NCBI GenBank assembly: GCA_964556545.1
Contig: CAZKWE010000053.1
Span: forward strand, 1-59,725
Length of the DNA: 59,725 nt
Reading direction: 5' to 3'
DNA from: an uncultured Campylobacteraceae bacterium
GTDB lineage: Bacteria > Campylobacterota > Campylobacteria > Campylobacterales > JALSKU01
In this document: in pieces, positions 35,083-46,313 of the stretch
How positions within the stretch are numbered: the first letter of the stretch is position 1
Layout of the letters: every line of letters starts with the position of its first letter
Notes under the pieces: generated by a model
Seen by the model: only the letters and a program-made list of their open reading frames with translations
What the model was told of the DNA's origin: nothing
Databases searched by the model: none
Program-made: the position numbers and the translations under genes

Positions 35083-35109
35083 AAAAGAGAAAAAATTATA
35101 TAATATGAT

Positions 35110-35919
35110 ATGATTAAAGTTCCTTATGTAAGTATAGTTATTCTTTTTTTGTTGATTTTTATTGTTTATTTTGGTGGCTATTTTTATGATGTGTCTGCAT
35201 ATCTTATCCACAAAAATGATATATTGCTTCCGCCGAGTCTTATCCACCCTTTTGGTACCGACAGACTTGGCAGAGACATACTTGCAAGGATTATAGAGGG
35301 TGGAAAAATATCTCTTGATATAGGTATTGCAAGTTCAGTTATAACAAGTTTTATAGGGCTTGGAGTAGGTATAAGTGCAGGTTTTTTTCAAAAAACTACA
35401 GATAAGATTATTGTAGTTATCATAGATCTTTTTTTAACATTTCCGACTTTTTTTCTTCTTTTGGCACTTGTAAGTTACATAAATGCATCTGTATGGGTAT
35501 TGATATTTGTTATATCTGTTACAGGCTGGATGGGGATGGCGAGAATGATACGAAGTGAGAGCTTTGAAATCTCCTCAAAACCATATATAAAGATACTTTC
35601 TCTTGCCAAAGTAAGTAAAATAAAGATTATTTTTAAATATTTTGTTCCTTTGCTTGCTCCTATTTTTTTTATAAGTTTTACTTTCGGAGTAGGCGGAGCT
35701 ATTTTGGCTGAAAGTGGACTGAGTTTTCTCGGTATCGGCATAACTCCGCCACAAATGAGTTGGGGAACTATCCTAAATGAAGGTAAAGAAGTTATAGATA
35801 TAGCTTGGTGGGTAAGTTTTTTCCCGGGACTTTGTATATTTTTAGTAATATTTGCATTAGTAAATATTTCGGATTATCTTCAGCATAAAACAAATCAAAA
35901 AGAGAGTTTTGGTGTATGA
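35110..35919 (+). CDS. Peptide/nickel ABC transporter permease (DppC/OppC family)
   Basis: HPFGTDRLGRDILAR and ILAESGLSFLGIG..WGTIL. No other ABC subunits adjacent. Confidence 0.92.
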   Translation: MIKVPYVSIVILFLLIFIVYFGGYFYDVSAYLIHKNDILLPPSLIHPFGTDRLGRDILARIIEGGKISLDIGIASSVITSFIGLGVGISAGFFQKTTDKIIVVIIDLFLTFPTFFLLLALVSYINASVWVLIFVISVTGWMGMARMIRSESFEISSKPYIKILSLAKVSKIKIIFKYFVPLLAPIFFISFTFGVGGAILAESGLSFLGIGITPPQMSWGTILNEGKEVIDIAWWVSFFPGLCIFLVIFALVNISDYLQHKTNQKESFGV

Positions 35920-36655
35920 CGTAAAAAAACTTTTGGATAATGAAATCAAAAAAAGAGACAGATTTGATGAACTTATTCTTAAAAGACCCGATCCTCTTAT
36001 GGTGGCAAAAAAATACAATAATGAGTACATTTCTCTTATATGTGCACTTTTTGCCTATGGAAATGCACATCAAATAGTAAAATTTTTATCTGACCTTGAT
36101 TTTTCCTTGCTTGATAAAGGTGAAAAATTTCTTAGAAATAATTTTGGCAATCATTACTACAGGTTTCAAAGCAAAGAAGATGTATTGGAATTTTTTATTA
36201 CTATAAGCAGAATAAAAAATAAATATTCTTTGGAGGATATTTTTTTTAACGGATATAAAAGAGAAAAAAGTATTTTAAACGGTTTAAGGGAGATTATCTC
36301 TTTTATTTATGATATAAACTCTTACAGATCGAAAGGATATGAGTTTCTCATAGGCAAAATCCCTGTTTTGCCGGTTAAATCTCCATATAAAAGATGGAAT
36401 ATGTATTTAAGATGGATGGTTAGAGATAAAACACATGATTTGGGTCTGTGGAAAAAAATAGATAAAAGTTCTCTTCTTATACCTTTAGATACTCATACAT
36501 TTAATGTTTCAAAAAAATTAGGATTGCTAAACAGAAAAACTTATGATTTTAAATCAGTATCGCTTTTAACGGAAAAATTAAAAGAATTTGATAAAAATGA
36601 CCCGGTAAAATATGACTTTGCACTATATCGCATAGGACAGGAAAAGATAGTTTAA
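35909..36655 (+). CDS. TIGR02757-family protein (HhH-GPD-like)
   Basis: ALFAYG, KRWNMYLRWMVR, IPLDTH and DPVKYDFAL. Confidence 0.88.
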   Translation: MVYDVKKLLDNEIKKRDRFDELILKRPDPLMVAKKYNNEYISLICALFAYGNAHQIVKFLSDLDFSLLDKGEKFLRNNFGNHYYRFQSKEDVLEFFITISRIKNKYSLEDIFFNGYKREKSILNGLREIISFIYDINSYRSKGYEFLIGKIPVLPVKSPYKRWNMYLRWMVRDKTHDLGLWKKIDKSSLLIPLDTHTFNVSKKLGLLNRKTYDFKSVSLLTEKLKEFDKNDPVKYDFALYRIGQEKIV

Positions 36656-36675
36656 AGAAGTATTAAATGATTTTT

Positions 36676-36684
36676 TGATAAAAT
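36676..36684 (+). promoter_or_regulatory. Extended -10 element for atpB
   Basis: TGaTAAAAT preceded by a T-tract, 30 nt upstream of ATG 36715. Confidence 0.5.
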
Positions 36685-36714
36685 TCCTCTAATTTATTTT
36701 TGAGGATACAAAGA

Positions 36715-37401
36715 ATGAATGAAGTTTTTACTTTTTTAGGATTGTTCGGCGAAGGTCATACATATCTTTTTGCATCACATATTATATTGTCAGCTCTTAT
36801 AGTTTTGGTATTGGCTAAAAGTGCAACATCTTCTTTGCAGATAGTGCCGAAGGGTATGCAAAATTTAATGGAAGCATATCTTCAGGGTGTTATAGCTATG
36901 GGTACGGATGTTATAGGCAAAAAGCAAGCTAAAAAATATCTTCCTTTGGTGGCAACTTTGGGTCTTTTTATCTTTGTATCGAACATGATGGAAATTATCC
37001 CCGGTTTTGAACCCCCTTCCGGCAATATCAATATGACCTTGACTTTGGCAGTTATAGTATTTTTATATTATAATTTCGAGGGTATCAAAAAAAATGGAGT
37101 AATCCACTATTTTGCACATTTCATGGGACCTGTTCCAATCCTTGCACCTTTAATGTTTCCTATAGAGATAGTATCTCATTTATCAAGAATTATATCATTG
37201 TCATTTAGATTGTTCGGTAACATAAAAGGTGATGATCTTTTTGTGGCGGTATTGTTGATGCTTGCCCCATGGGTAGCACCGCTTCCGGGATTTGCCTTGA
37301 TGAGTTTTTCGGCAATATTGCAAACTTTTATATTTATGATACTTACTTATGTTTATCTTGCGGGAGCAGTTACTATCAGTGCAGAGCATGAAACTATTTG
37401 A
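36715..37401 (+). CDS. atpB: F0F1 ATP synthase subunit a
   Basis: [30 protein letters not shown] (essential Arg) and [21 protein letters not shown] supports ATG 36715. Confidence 0.97.
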   Translation: MNEVFTFLGLFGEGHTYLFASHIILSALIVLVLAKSATSSLQIVPKGMQNLMEAYLQGVIAMGTDVIGKKQAKKYLPLVATLGLFIFVSNMMEIIPGFEPPSGNINMTLTLAVIVFLYYNFEGIKKNGVIHYFAHFMGPVPILAPLMFPIEIVSHLSRIISLSFRLFGNIKGDDLFVAVLLMLAPWVAPLPGFALMSFSAILQTFIFMILTYVYLAGAVTISAEHETI

Positions 37402-37670
37402 TGAATAAAGGCATTATTGCAATTATCATAAATTTACTACAGGGTGCCTCTTGGGCACTTGTAGTAATCGTATCTTCATATCTTTTTTTTCATACGCTTC
37501 CGTATGGTTTTTTTGTTGCACTGTTTTCAGCACTGTTCGGATCTTTTATCGGTCTGTTTTTTGTAAGTTTTTTTGAGCTTATAAATATACAGTATAAAAA
37601 TTTTTTGCAAAATGAAAAACAGACAAAACTGTTAGAAGATATTTTGCACGAATTAAAAAAACAACAATAG
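37398..37670 (+). CDS. Small two-TM hypothetical membrane protein
   Basis: Two hydrophobic helices and a basic tail. 4-bp overlap with atpB. Confidence 0.65.
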   Translation: MMNKGIIAIIINLLQGASWALVVIVSSYLFFHTLPYGFFVALFSALFGSFIGLFFVSFFELINIQYKNFLQNEKQTKLLEDILHELKKQQ

Positions 37671-37742
37671 GTTATTAGGGGCACCCTATAGTTTATCAGC
37701 AATATTCAAACACATTCTTTAATCACATTTAAAAGAAAAAAA

Positions 37743-37751
37743 TGGTAAAAT
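37743..37751 (+). promoter_or_regulatory. Extended -10 element for gatB
   Basis: TGgTAAAAT 28 nt upstream of the gatB ATG. Confidence 0.5.
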
Positions 37752-37779
37752 CATTTCTTATTTTAAAAAAAGGCTCATA

Positions 37780-39204
37780 ATGTTTGAAGTTGTTATCGGC
37801 TTGGAAGTGCATATCCAATTAAATACAAAAACCAAGATATTTTGCTCATGTCCAACATCTTTTGGCGAAAAAGCTAATGCAAATGTATGTCCGGTATGTC
37901 TGGGTCTTCCCGGAGCTTTACCGGTTTTAAACAAAGAAGCGGTAAAAAAAGCTATCAATTTCGGACATGCTATAAATGCAACAGTACACAAAAAATCAAT
38001 TTTTAACAGAAAAAATTATTTTTATCCGGATTTGCCCAAAGGTTATCAAATCAGTCAGTTTGAGATACCTATAGTTGAAAATGGTGAACTTTATATAGAT
38101 TTTGAAGATGGAAATACCAAACGCATAGGTATCACAAGAGCTCATTTGGAAGAGGATGCCGGCAAAAATATACACGAAGACGGATACAGCAAAGTTGATT
38201 TAAACAGAGCAGGAACTCCGCTTCTTGAGATAGTCAGCGAGCCTGACATAAGAAGTATAGATGAAACCGTAAAATACCTAAAAAAACTTCATGCAATTGT
38301 AAGATATCTTGATATAAGCGATGCCAATATGCAAGAAGGCTCGTTTAGATGTGATGTGAATGTTTCTATAAGGCCAAAAGGGGATGAGAAATTATATACC
38401 AGAGTCGAGATAAAAAATATGAATTCTTTTAAATTTATCCAAAAAGCTTTGGAATATGAGATACAAAGACAAATTGAAGCTTGGGAAGACGGAGTTTATG
38501 AGAAAGAAGTTTTTCAGGAAACAAGACTTTTTGATGTACAAAGCGGTATTACAAAAAGCATGAGAGGCAAAGAAGACAGTGCTGAGTATAGATATTTTCC
38601 GGAACCTGACTTACTGCCTGTTATCTTGAGTGATGAAATGATAGAAGAAGGTAAAAATATCCCTGAACTTCCTGATGAAAAAAAAGAGAGGTATATAAAA
38701 AAGTACAAAATCAAGGAGTATGATGCTGCTGTAATTACTTCTTCTCTTCCTATGGTAAAGTTTTTTGAAAAGATGATAGAAGAGGGCATAAGTGGTAAAA
38801 ATGCGGTTGTATGGCTTACTGTGGAACTGCAAGGAAGGCTTAAAAACGGATTGAGTATAGAAACTTCACCGGTTGATGCCAAAAAACTTGCCTCTCTTAT
38901 AAAAAGAATAGAAGATAACACTATAAGTGCAAAAGCAGCTAAAGATGTACTTGATTATCTTATGGAACATGAAGAAGAGGTTGATGAGGCGATTGAAAAA
39001 TTGGGACTTAAACAAATCAGTAATGAGAGTGAATTGCTTGCAATCGTAAATGAGATACTTTTAAAAAATGAAGATAAAGTCAATGAGTACAAATCCGGCA
39101 AAGAAAAACTTTTTGGATTTTTTGTAGGACAATGTATGAAAGCAAGTAAAGGCAAAGCAAACCCTGCCAAAATCAATAAACTTTTAAAAGAGAAACTTGC
39201 TTGA
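37780..39204 (+). CDS. gatB: Asp/Glu-tRNA amidotransferase subunit B
   Basis: [41 protein letters not shown] and YRYFPEPDL. Confidence 0.99.
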   Translation: MFEVVIGLEVHIQLNTKTKIFCSCPTSFGEKANANVCPVCLGLPGALPVLNKEAVKKAINFGHAINATVHKKSIFNRKNYFYPDLPKGYQISQFEIPIVENGELYIDFEDGNTKRIGITRAHLEEDAGKNIHEDGYSKVDLNRAGTPLLEIVSEPDIRSIDETVKYLKKLHAIVRYLDISDANMQEGSFRCDVNVSIRPKGDEKLYTRVEIKNMNSFKFIQKALEYEIQRQIEAWEDGVYEKEVFQETRLFDVQSGITKSMRGKEDSAEYRYFPEPDLLPVILSDEMIEEGKNIPELPDEKKERYIKKYKIKEYDAAVITSSLPMVKFFEKMIEEGISGKNAVVWLTVELQGRLKNGLSIETSPVDAKKLASLIKRIEDNTISAKAAKDVLDYLMEHEEEVDEAIEKLGLKQISNESELLAIVNEILLKNEDKVNEYKSGKEKLFGFFVGQCMKASKGKANPAKINKLLKEKLA

Positions 39205-40781
39205 AAAAACTGACTAAAGCCATAGTTGAATTTTCATTTTTTTTAGATGAGTCTGTACGATACAATAAAACAAAAGCATTGATCAGACGAATACTTGAAG
39301 ATCATAGTTATAAATATGGCAGGTATTTTAACTATTTTATGATATTTTTAATTATTTCAAGTGTTATTATTATTATAGATGAAGTAAAACATCCTATTGA
39401 GCATTGGCTTATTTTTTATGATATATATATAGTTACCGGTTTTTTTGTTGTAGAGTATATGCTTAGACTCTGGATTTATAATGATATGCATAAAATTATC
39501 ATTGAAGAGTTTCAAGACAGTCTTTTTTTAGATAAATCATTTGATGCGTTAAATGCTTTTAAAAAAATAATATCTAAAAAAATAGAATATATCGTATCAC
39601 CTTTAGCCATTATAGATTTACTTGCTATACTTCCAAGTTTTAGAGAGTTAAGAATTCTTAGAATCTTTGTACTTTTTAGAGCTTTTAAATTGCTTAGATA
39701 TTCCAACCATATAACTCATTTTATGAAAATTCTGATTTCTAAAAAATCAGAACTTTTTATGATAATTTTTCTTTTTCTGTTTGTAATATTTATCTCAGGT
39801 GTCAGTATATATGTTTTTGAAGAACATATAAATCCAAATATAAAGTCTATCTATGATGCATTTTATTGGTCATTAATAACCATTACTTCAGTCGGATACG
39901 GAGATGTCGTACCAATTAGCAGTGAAGGCAGAAGTGTTGCTGCGATTGTTGTATTTATAGGAATTGGATTAATTGCTTTGTCAACATCAATCATAGTTTC
40001 GGCTTTTAATGAAAAAGATGAAGAATTAAGAAGTGAGAAGATAAAAAGTTTGATAGAAAAATTTTCAAGTTACTATCTTATATGCGGATATAGTCATTTA
40101 GCTGAATTATTAGCTACGAGACTTAAAAAATCCGAAGATAATTTTATCATAATCGATAATGACCCTCAGAAAGTGGATCAGGCAATAAAAAATGGATATT
40201 TGGCATATAAAGCTGATGCAAGCAGTAAACAAGTACTGATAGATTTACAAATGAGTAAAAAAGCTTTGGCGGTTATTACTTTGGCACAAGATGATATCCA
40301 AAATATTTTTATATCTTTAAGTGTAAGAAGTTTATCAAAAAATGTAATGCTTATTTCCAGAATGAGAAGCAAATACTCATACAAAAAGTTAAAATTAGCC
40401 GGAGTTGACAAAATAATTTCATCTGCCAATATGGCTTCCATGCTGGTTGGAACACTTGTCAACAAACCTTTGGCTACAGAAGCTATCAATAGCATACTTT
40501 CAGGTAAAAGAAATGCAAGATGCGAGCAGATAGAAGTATATAGTGATATGCCAATAGCCGGTAAAACGATAAAAGATATGGATATAAATTCTTACAGGTT
40601 AATACTTCTTGGCATATCCAGAAACAATGAAGGTAAAAGAGAGTTTATATTCAATCCCAGGGACGATTTTGTATTGATGCCCTCAGACATACTTGTTGTT
40701 TTGGGATATAGCATAAGTATAGCCAATTTTAAAAATATTATGAAAAAAAGAAGTGTCAAAAATGCAAGAAAAAAAAGATAG
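39201..40781 (+). CDS. 6-TM potassium channel with C-terminal RCK (TrkA_N/TrkA_C) domain
   Basis: S4-like [19 protein letters not shown], filter TSVGYGD and an RCK region ([21 protein letters not shown]). Confidence 0.92.
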   Translation: MKKLTKAIVEFSFFLDESVRYNKTKALIRRILEDHSYKYGRYFNYFMIFLIISSVIIIIDEVKHPIEHWLIFYDIYIVTGFFVVEYMLRLWIYNDMHKIIIEEFQDSLFLDKSFDALNAFKKIISKKIEYIVSPLAIIDLLAILPSFRELRILRIFVLFRAFKLLRYSNHITHFMKILISKKSELFMIIFLFLFVIFISGVSIYVFEEHINPNIKSIYDAFYWSLITITSVGYGDVVPISSEGRSVAAIVVFIGIGLIALSTSIIVSAFNEKDEELRSEKIKSLIEKFSSYYLICGYSHLAELLATRLKKSEDNFIIIDNDPQKVDQAIKNGYLAYKADASSKQVLIDLQMSKKALAVITLAQDDIQNIFISLSVRSLSKNVMLISRMRSKYSYKKLKLAGVDKIISSANMASMLVGTLVNKPLATEAINSILSGKRNARCEQIEVYSDMPIAGKTIKDMDINSYRLILLGISRNNEGKREFIFNPRDDFVLMPSDILVVLGYSISIANFKNIMKKRSVKNARKKR

Positions 40782-41478
40782 TATTTTACTTTTTGGATAC
40801 AAAAAATACGGAGAAAAGATAGCATTTGCCCTTGAAAATAATGATTATGAAATTGTTATAGCCGATACAGACAAAGAAAATATAGAAAAAGCGGAGAAAA
40901 ACGGACATAAAGCTTATTTTATAGATATAGAGAATGATGAAGATATAGTTCAAATACTTGTTTCTTATACTTTCAATCATATTTTTTGTGCAATGGATAA
41001 TGATGAAGAAAATATATATCTTGCAATTACTATGAAATCAATAGACAGCAATATAGATGTTATTTCGATTTGCCAATCAAAAGACAGTGAGCAAAAACTC
41101 GAGCTTGCAGGAGTTCGTGGAATTCTAAATACTCTTGATGCAACTGCACAAAATATTTTTCATTTGTTAAAAAATCCCATAATGATAGAGGCAATAGAAG
41201 ATATACTTTATTTTAATTCCGATATAGATTTTGTAGAGCTTGAAGTACCGAAAGATTCTTTTTTGGATGGGAAGTTTATCAATGAAATAGACTTTAAAAA
41301 AGATTACAATATTATACTTCTTGGATTAATTGATATTGAATTTGCCGATAAATTTATCTTTGCAACAAAAGGTGTAAATCATAAAATAGATGAAGGTGAT
41401 ATACTATTACTTATAGGGCTGAAAGAGGATTTAAAAGTATTTAAAGAAAAGCTGATTCAAAGTACTGTGGAGAAGTAA
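40753..41478 (+). CDS. Stand-alone RCK/TrkA-family protein
   Basis: Degenerate Rossmann start LLFGYKKYG, DEENIYLAIT and a TrkA_C-like tail. Overlaps the channel gene. Confidence 0.85.
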   Translation: MSKMQEKKDSILLFGYKKYGEKIAFALENNDYEIVIADTDKENIEKAEKNGHKAYFIDIENDEDIVQILVSYTFNHIFCAMDNDEENIYLAITMKSIDSNIDVISICQSKDSEQKLELAGVRGILNTLDATAQNIFHLLKNPIMIEAIEDILYFNSDIDFVELEVPKDSFLDGKFINEIDFKKDYNIILLGLIDIEFADKFIFATKGVNHKIDEGDILLLIGLKEDLKVFKEKLIQSTVEK

Positions 41479-41482
41479 AATT

Positions 41483-42391
41483 ATGGATATAGGTGTAATA
41501 GGAGCTGGGAAATGGGGTCAAGCTTTGCATTTTTCTTTTTTGGAAAATCACAACTCATTTATAACCTCAAGAACAAAAAGAAATATAAAGAATTTTACCG
41601 ACATTAAGAGTGTACTTGATAAAAAATATATAGTATTTGCTCTATCATCTCAATATGCAAGAGAGTGGATGAAGAAAAATTTTAAATATAAAAATCAAAA
41701 AGTTCTGGTTGCATCAAAAGGCATAGAAGCAAAAAGCGGTAAATTTTTAAATGAAATTTTTATGGAGTTTGTTCCTGTCGAAAATCTGGCTTTTATATCA
41801 GGCCCGTCCTTTGCATCAGAAGTCATAAAAAAATTGCCAACGGCTTTGGTTATAAGCTCCACTTCTTTGCAAACTGCAAAAGAGTTTGAACAATTCTTTC
41901 CAAATTTTATAAAAACTTATCATGATGATGATGTGATAGGAGCAGAAATTGCAGGAGCTTACAAGAATATCCTGGCAATTGCCAGCGGAGTATGTGATGG
42001 TTTAAAGCTTGGCAATAATGCAAGAGCAAGTCTTATATCAAGAGGCTTGGTGGAAATGAGCAGATTTGGAGTTTATTTTGGTGCCAAAAAGGAAACATTT
42101 TTAGGTTTGAGCGGATCGGGAGATCTTTTTTTAACTGCCAGTAGTGAACTTTCAAGAAACTATAGAGTAGGAAAATATCTTGCCGGTGGAAATTTGCTTG
42201 AAGATATACTTTCAAAGATAGGAGAAGTGGCTGAAGGTGTCGCAACAACATATGCTGTCAAAAGGATATCTGTAGAGAAAAACCTTTATATCCCCATTGC
42301 AAATGAAGTTTATGAAATTTTGGAAGGCAAACCGGCTTTGAAAAGTCTAAAAGATTTACTTAAGGGTACTTCTAACAACTTGAAGGTTTAA
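41483..42391 (+). CDS. gpsA: NAD(P)H-dependent glycerol-3-phosphate dehydrogenase
   Basis: VIGAGKWG, ASKGIE, SGPSFA, GAYKNILAIASG, GDLFLTA..SRNYRVG and AEGV. Confidence 0.97.
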   Translation: MDIGVIGAGKWGQALHFSFLENHNSFITSRTKRNIKNFTDIKSVLDKKYIVFALSSQYAREWMKKNFKYKNQKVLVASKGIEAKSGKFLNEIFMEFVPVENLAFISGPSFASEVIKKLPTALVISSTSLQTAKEFEQFFPNFIKTYHDDDVIGAEIAGAYKNILAIASGVCDGLKLGNNARASLISRGLVEMSRFGVYFGAKKETFLGLSGSGDLFLTASSELSRNYRVGKYLAGGNLLEDILSKIGEVAEGVATTYAVKRISVEKNLYIPIANEVYEILEGKPALKSLKDLLKGTSNNLKV

Positions 42392-43052
42392 ACAAAGCAG
42401 AGCCCAATCTTACCATATTGGAGCCACATTTTATCGCAAGTTCAAAATCCCCGCTCATACCCATAGAACAAACACAAGCCCCTTTTGATTTTAAAGCTTC
42501 ATATATTTTATAAGTTGTTTCAAAACTTTTTTGTATTTGTGCCGTATCATCAGTGTGTGCACCTATGCTCATAACACCTTTCAAAGTTAGTTTCGGACAC
42601 TCTTGTATAATTTGATGATAAATATCTATAGCTTTTTCAGGCATTACACCAGCTTTATTTTTTTCTCTTGCACTGTTTATCTGTAATAAAACAGGAATTT
42701 TTTTATTCTCTTGTACTCTTTTATTGATTTGTAAAGCAAGTTCAATACTATCACACGACTGTATCAGTGAAGGAGATAGTTTTATTAAATGATTTATTTT
42801 ATTTTTTTGCAATCTTCCTATAAAATGCCATTCAAGCGGCAAATCGTTTAATTCATTTATTTTTTCTTTTAAATCCTGTACTTTGTTTTCTCCAAAGGCT
42901 CTTTGTCCGATTTGATACAGTTTTTTTATATCATTGCTACTGCTGTATTTGCTTACGGCTATGATTTTAATGATATTGTATTCATTGGTCTGTATTCTTG
43001 CTTTTTCAATTCTTTGCAAAACTTCATCATAATTCTTTTCATAAAAATTCAT
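42372..43052 (-). CDS. yggS: PLP homeostasis protein YggS/PLPBP
   Basis: IAVSK, FGENKVQD, WHFIGRLQKNK, SMGMSGDFELAI and MVRLGS. Confidence 0.96.
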   Translation of the reverse strand: MNFYEKNYDEVLQRIEKARIQTNEYNIIKIIAVSKYSSSNDIKKLYQIGQRAFGENKVQDLKEKINELNDLPLEWHFIGRLQKNKINHLIKLSPSLIQSCDSIELALQINKRVQENKKIPVLLQINSAREKNKAGVMPEKAIDIYHQIIQECPKLTLKGVMSIGAHTDDTAQIQKSFETTYKIYEALKSKGACVCSMGMSGDFELAIKCGSNMVRLGSALFKPSSC

Positions 43053-44104
43053 TCAAATATCCTTGCTAAGTCATTATAAGTCGAAAATATCATAAGTGTC
43101 AAAAGCAGTACCCATCCGGTATAAGTTAATCTTTCATATATCTTTTCATTTGGAGCTTTTTTTGTAATCATTTCATAAATATTAAACATTATATGTCCTC
43201 CATCAAGTGCCGGTATGGGAAAAAGGTTTAATATACCAAGATTAACCGATATGAGTGCACTCAATCCCAAAAGAGCAACTATGCCGGTTGAAGCCGCCTG
43301 AGAAGTAATGCTTACGATAGAGATAACTCCGCCTATATCTTTTGTAGGAACTATTCCTTCTATCATTTTTTCTATACCTATAATGATAAATTTAGATGCC
43401 CTGAGGGTTTCGTTATAGGCAAAAGATATAGATTCCAAAAAAGAGTATTTTTTTATATAACTTTTTCCAAGAGGTAGTATGCCTATAATCTTTCTCTTTG
43501 TATCTTCGCCAAAAATATTTTTGGTTTTTTCAATATCGGGATAAAGAATTTTTTTGATAAGTTTATTGTTTCTTCGAATAACAATATCCAATCCATCTCT
43601 TGAATTTTCAATAATATTTTTTATCTCATCCCAACTTTCAATTTTTATACCGTTTATAGAGATAATTTTATCACCTTTTTGGAGTTTTGCCTGAAATGCG
43701 GGTGAATTTGGATAAACTTTTCCAATTTCCGGCATTAATTTGTGAACTCCTATATTGCCTATGGCAATGTAAAGAAAAAATGCAAGTAAAAAGTTGGCAA
43801 AAGGTCCTGCAAAAAGTATGGCTATTCGCTGTAAGGGAGTTTTTGAATTGTAACTGTCTTTGTCGTGACTGACTTTTGAAGGATTTAAATCATCCTGCCC
43901 TTTCATTTGTACATATCCTCCAAGAGGTATGGCACTTAGACAATAATTTGTTCCTTTGTAAAATTTACATAAAAGTTTTTTACCAAATCCTATACTGAAA
44001 ACTTCAACTTTGACTCCAAAGAGTTTGGCAACACTAAAATGTCCTAATTCATGAAAAAATATCAAGAAAGAGAGTATTAAAAGTGAAACGAAAATCCCCA
44101 TCAA
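43049..44104 (-). CDS. rseP: Intramembrane zinc metalloprotease RseP
   Basis: HELGH, AGPFANF, PDZ region and NLFPIPALDGG. Confidence 0.97.
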   Translation of the reverse strand: MMGIFVSLLILSFLIFFHELGHFSVAKLFGVKVEVFSIGFGKKLLCKFYKGTNYCLSAIPLGGYVQMKGQDDLNPSKVSHDKDSYNSKTPLQRIAILFAGPFANFLLAFFLYIAIGNIGVHKLMPEIGKVYPNSPAFQAKLQKGDKIISINGIKIESWDEIKNIIENSRDGLDIVIRRNNKLIKKILYPDIEKTKNIFGEDTKRKIIGILPLGKSYIKKYSFLESISFAYNETLRASKFIIIGIEKMIEGIVPTKDIGGVISIVSITSQAASTGIVALLGLSALISVNLGILNLFPIPALDGGHIMFNIYEMITKKAPNEKIYERLTYTGWVLLLTLMIFSTYNDLARIFE

Positions 44105-44637
44105 CTCTCCTTTATATAAGTATATATGTATTCAAATCCCGAATACAGAGTAATAACCACCGCAAACCATAAAAGAAGTGATCCGAAACTCCAATTCATC
44201 ATCAAAAATCCTATGGCAAACATTTGTGCAACTGTTTTGGTTTTTCCGATAAAAGAGGCTTTTATATTTTTCCCCTCACTTGCCATAAGCACCCTTAGGC
44301 CTGTTATAAAAAATTCTCTGGTTAATATCAAAAAAATTGCCCATGGATTAGCTCTATCTATATACATAAGTCCGAGAAATGCTGCAAGTACCAGCATTTT
44401 ATCTGCAAGTGGATCAAGTATGGCCCCAAGCTTTGTCATCTGATTCCATCTTCTTGCTATAAAACCGTCAAAAAAATCAGTTACACTTGCAAGTACAAAA
44501 AGAAGTGCGGCAAAATAATCAAGCCAGCTTGAATGGATACCATGTAAAAATCCGCTACTTCTATCAACTAAAAAAAAATACATTACAGGAGCCATCAGTA
44601 CCCTTGTAAAAGCCAATATATTTGGAAGATTCAGCAT
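44101..44637 (-). CDS. pgsA: CDP-diacylglycerol--glycerol-3-phosphate 3-phosphatidyltransferase
   Basis: NLPNIL and TDFFDGFIARR..TKLGAILDPLADK. Confidence 0.96.
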   Translation of the reverse strand: MLNLPNILAFTRVLMAPVMYFFLVDRSSGFLHGIHSSWLDYFAALLFVLASVTDFFDGFIARRWNQMTKLGAILDPLADKMLVLAAFLGLMYIDRANPWAIFLILTREFFITGLRVLMASEGKNIKASFIGKTKTVAQMFAIGFLMMNWSFGSLLLWFAVVITLYSGFEYIYTYIKES

Positions 44638-45422
44638 TATTTAAAAGTTGTTCCTCCATCAATGATGAGTGTTTGTCCGGTTATCCAATCAGCTTTTTCA
44701 CTACATAAAAACAAACAAGCTCCTGCTAAATCTTTTGGTTCACCCATTCTACCAAGAGGAGAGAGTTCAACTACTTTTTGTTTTACTTCCTCATAGTTGG
44801 TAAATGCTTTTAATGCATCAGTGTCTATAGGACCACCACTTACCGCATTTACTCTTATACCCATATGCCCAAGTTCGGCTGCAGCATATCTTACCATTGC
44901 TTCAACTGCAGCTTTGTTTGTACCGTGTCCCGCATAATTTTCAATATATACAAGATTTCCGGTACTGCTTATAGACAAGATACTGCCGCCTCCGGCTTTT
45001 TCTATTCTTTTTGCAGCTTCTTGGGCACCTATAACAAAAGCTACGACAGTTGCGGTATAGATATTGTTGAGTCCTCTGGGTTTTAATCTCATAAACTTTC
45101 CATATCCTCCGACAACCGCACGACCTGAAATAATAGCATTTGAAATAAAAAAGTTTATTTCATCAAAATCTTTATCAATTTTTTTGAAAACATCTTTATA
45201 TGTTTCAGGCTCAAGAATATTTAATTGGTAATATCTTGCTTTGATATGATAATTTTCCTCCAAATCTTTGGCTATCTTTTTAGCTTCATCTTCATTTGAG
45301 TGATATGTAAAAGCTATATTTGCTCCTGCATTTGCAAACTCATATACTATAGCTTTGCCTATACCTCTTGTTCCTCCGCTGATAACCAGTGTTTTTCCTT
45401 CTATACTGCTTTGTACACTCAA
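44637..45422 (-). CDS. SDR-family oxidoreductase (enoyl-ACP reductase-like)
   Basis: ISGGTRGIG, HGTNK variant of YxxxK, RVNAVSGG and ITGQTLIIDGG. Confidence 0.88.
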   Translation of the reverse strand: MSVQSSIEGKTLVISGGTRGIGKAIVYEFANAGANIAFTYHSNEDEAKKIAKDLEENYHIKARYYQLNILEPETYKDVFKKIDKDFDEINFFISNAIISGRAVVGGYGKFMRLKPRGLNNIYTATVVAFVIGAQEAAKRIEKAGGGSILSISSTGNLVYIENYAGHGTNKAAVEAMVRYAAAELGHMGIRVNAVSGGPIDTDALKAFTNYEEVKQKVVELSPLGRMGEPKDLAGACLFLCSEKADWITGQTLIIDGGTTFK

Positions 45423-46313
45423 TTAAAATCCTTCTATATCAAAATCAGTCATAGCTTTTTCAATTCTTACTAAGTTTTTATTGCTTGGCATTGTAAGAGG
45501 AAGTCTGTATTCCAAAGTATCAATCAAACCGGCTATATACATTGCTGCTTTGATGGGTATCGGATTGCTTTCTATGAAAAGTATTTTGTTTAAATTGTAT
45601 AACTTGTCATTTATCTCTTTTGCCTTTTGAAAATCACCGTCCAAAGCACTGTGTACTAATTCACTTTTTAACTTTGGAAGCAAATTGGCAGTTACTGAAA
45701 TGATACCTTTTGCACCATTTGCAAGCATGGGATAATCTATAGCATCATCACCGCAAAAAAGACTAAGAACAGGCCTTTGACTAAGAAGTTCTATGGCTCT
45801 GTCAACTGAGCCGGTAGCTTCTTTTATGGCAAAAATACCAGGAACATCATCATAAAGCCTAAATACGGTTTCAGGAAGCAAATCAACCCCGGTTCTGCTT
45901 GGTACATTGTATAAAACAACCGGTATTTCAACCGCATTTGCTATAGTTTTATAGTGCTGATAAAGACCTTCTTGTGTTGGTTTGTTATAATATGGAGCAA
46001 CAGAGAGTATCCCATTTGCTCCTTGCAGTTCTGCAAATTTTGCCAAATCAACTGCTTCATGGGTTGCATTGCTTCCTGCCCCCGCCAATACTTTAACATT
46101 TGTATTTTTGCAGGTTGCGGCAGCAATTTCAATACATCTTTTATGTTCATTGTGTGAAAGTGTTGCACTCTCTCCCGTAGTTCCGACCGGAACAACAACA
46201 TCTATGCCGTTTTTTATCTGTCTTTTTATAAGTTTTTCATATGCCACCTCATCTAATTTGCCATCTTTGAACGGTGTGATTAATGCAGTCATAGCACCTT
46301 GAAAATATTTCAT
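45423..46313 (-). CDS. dapA: 4-hydroxy-tetrahydrodipicolinate synthase
   Basis: GTTGES, PYYNKPTQEG, LYNVPSRTG, IKEA and NPIPIK. Confidence 0.98.
   Translation of the reverse strand: MKYFQGAMTALITPFKDGKLDEVAYEKLIKRQIKNGIDVVVPVGTTGESATLSHNEHKRCIEIAAATCKNTNVKVLAGAGSNATHEAVDLAKFAELQGANGILSVAPYYNKPTQEGLYQHYKTIANAVEIPVVLYNVPSRTGVDLLPETVFRLYDDVPGIFAIKEATGSVDRAIELLSQRPVLSLFCGDDAIDYPMLANGAKGIISVTANLLPKLKSELVHSALDGDFQKAKEINDKLYNLNKILFIESNPIPIKAAMYIAGLIDTLEYRLPLTMPSNKNLVRIEKAMTDFDIEGF

Noticed and set aside
35110-35919. Isolated dppC-type permease without other ABC subunits
   Set aside because: Scattered ABC subunits are common in Campylobacterota genomes, and there is no sign of decay or novelty.
36715-37401. 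atpB separated from the rest of the atp operon
   Set aside because: A split atp locus is the normal state in Campylobacterota.
37676-37688. TAGGG-gca-CCCTA hairpin downstream of the atpB pair
   Set aside because: Only a 5-bp stem with a 3-nt loop and no clear U-tract.
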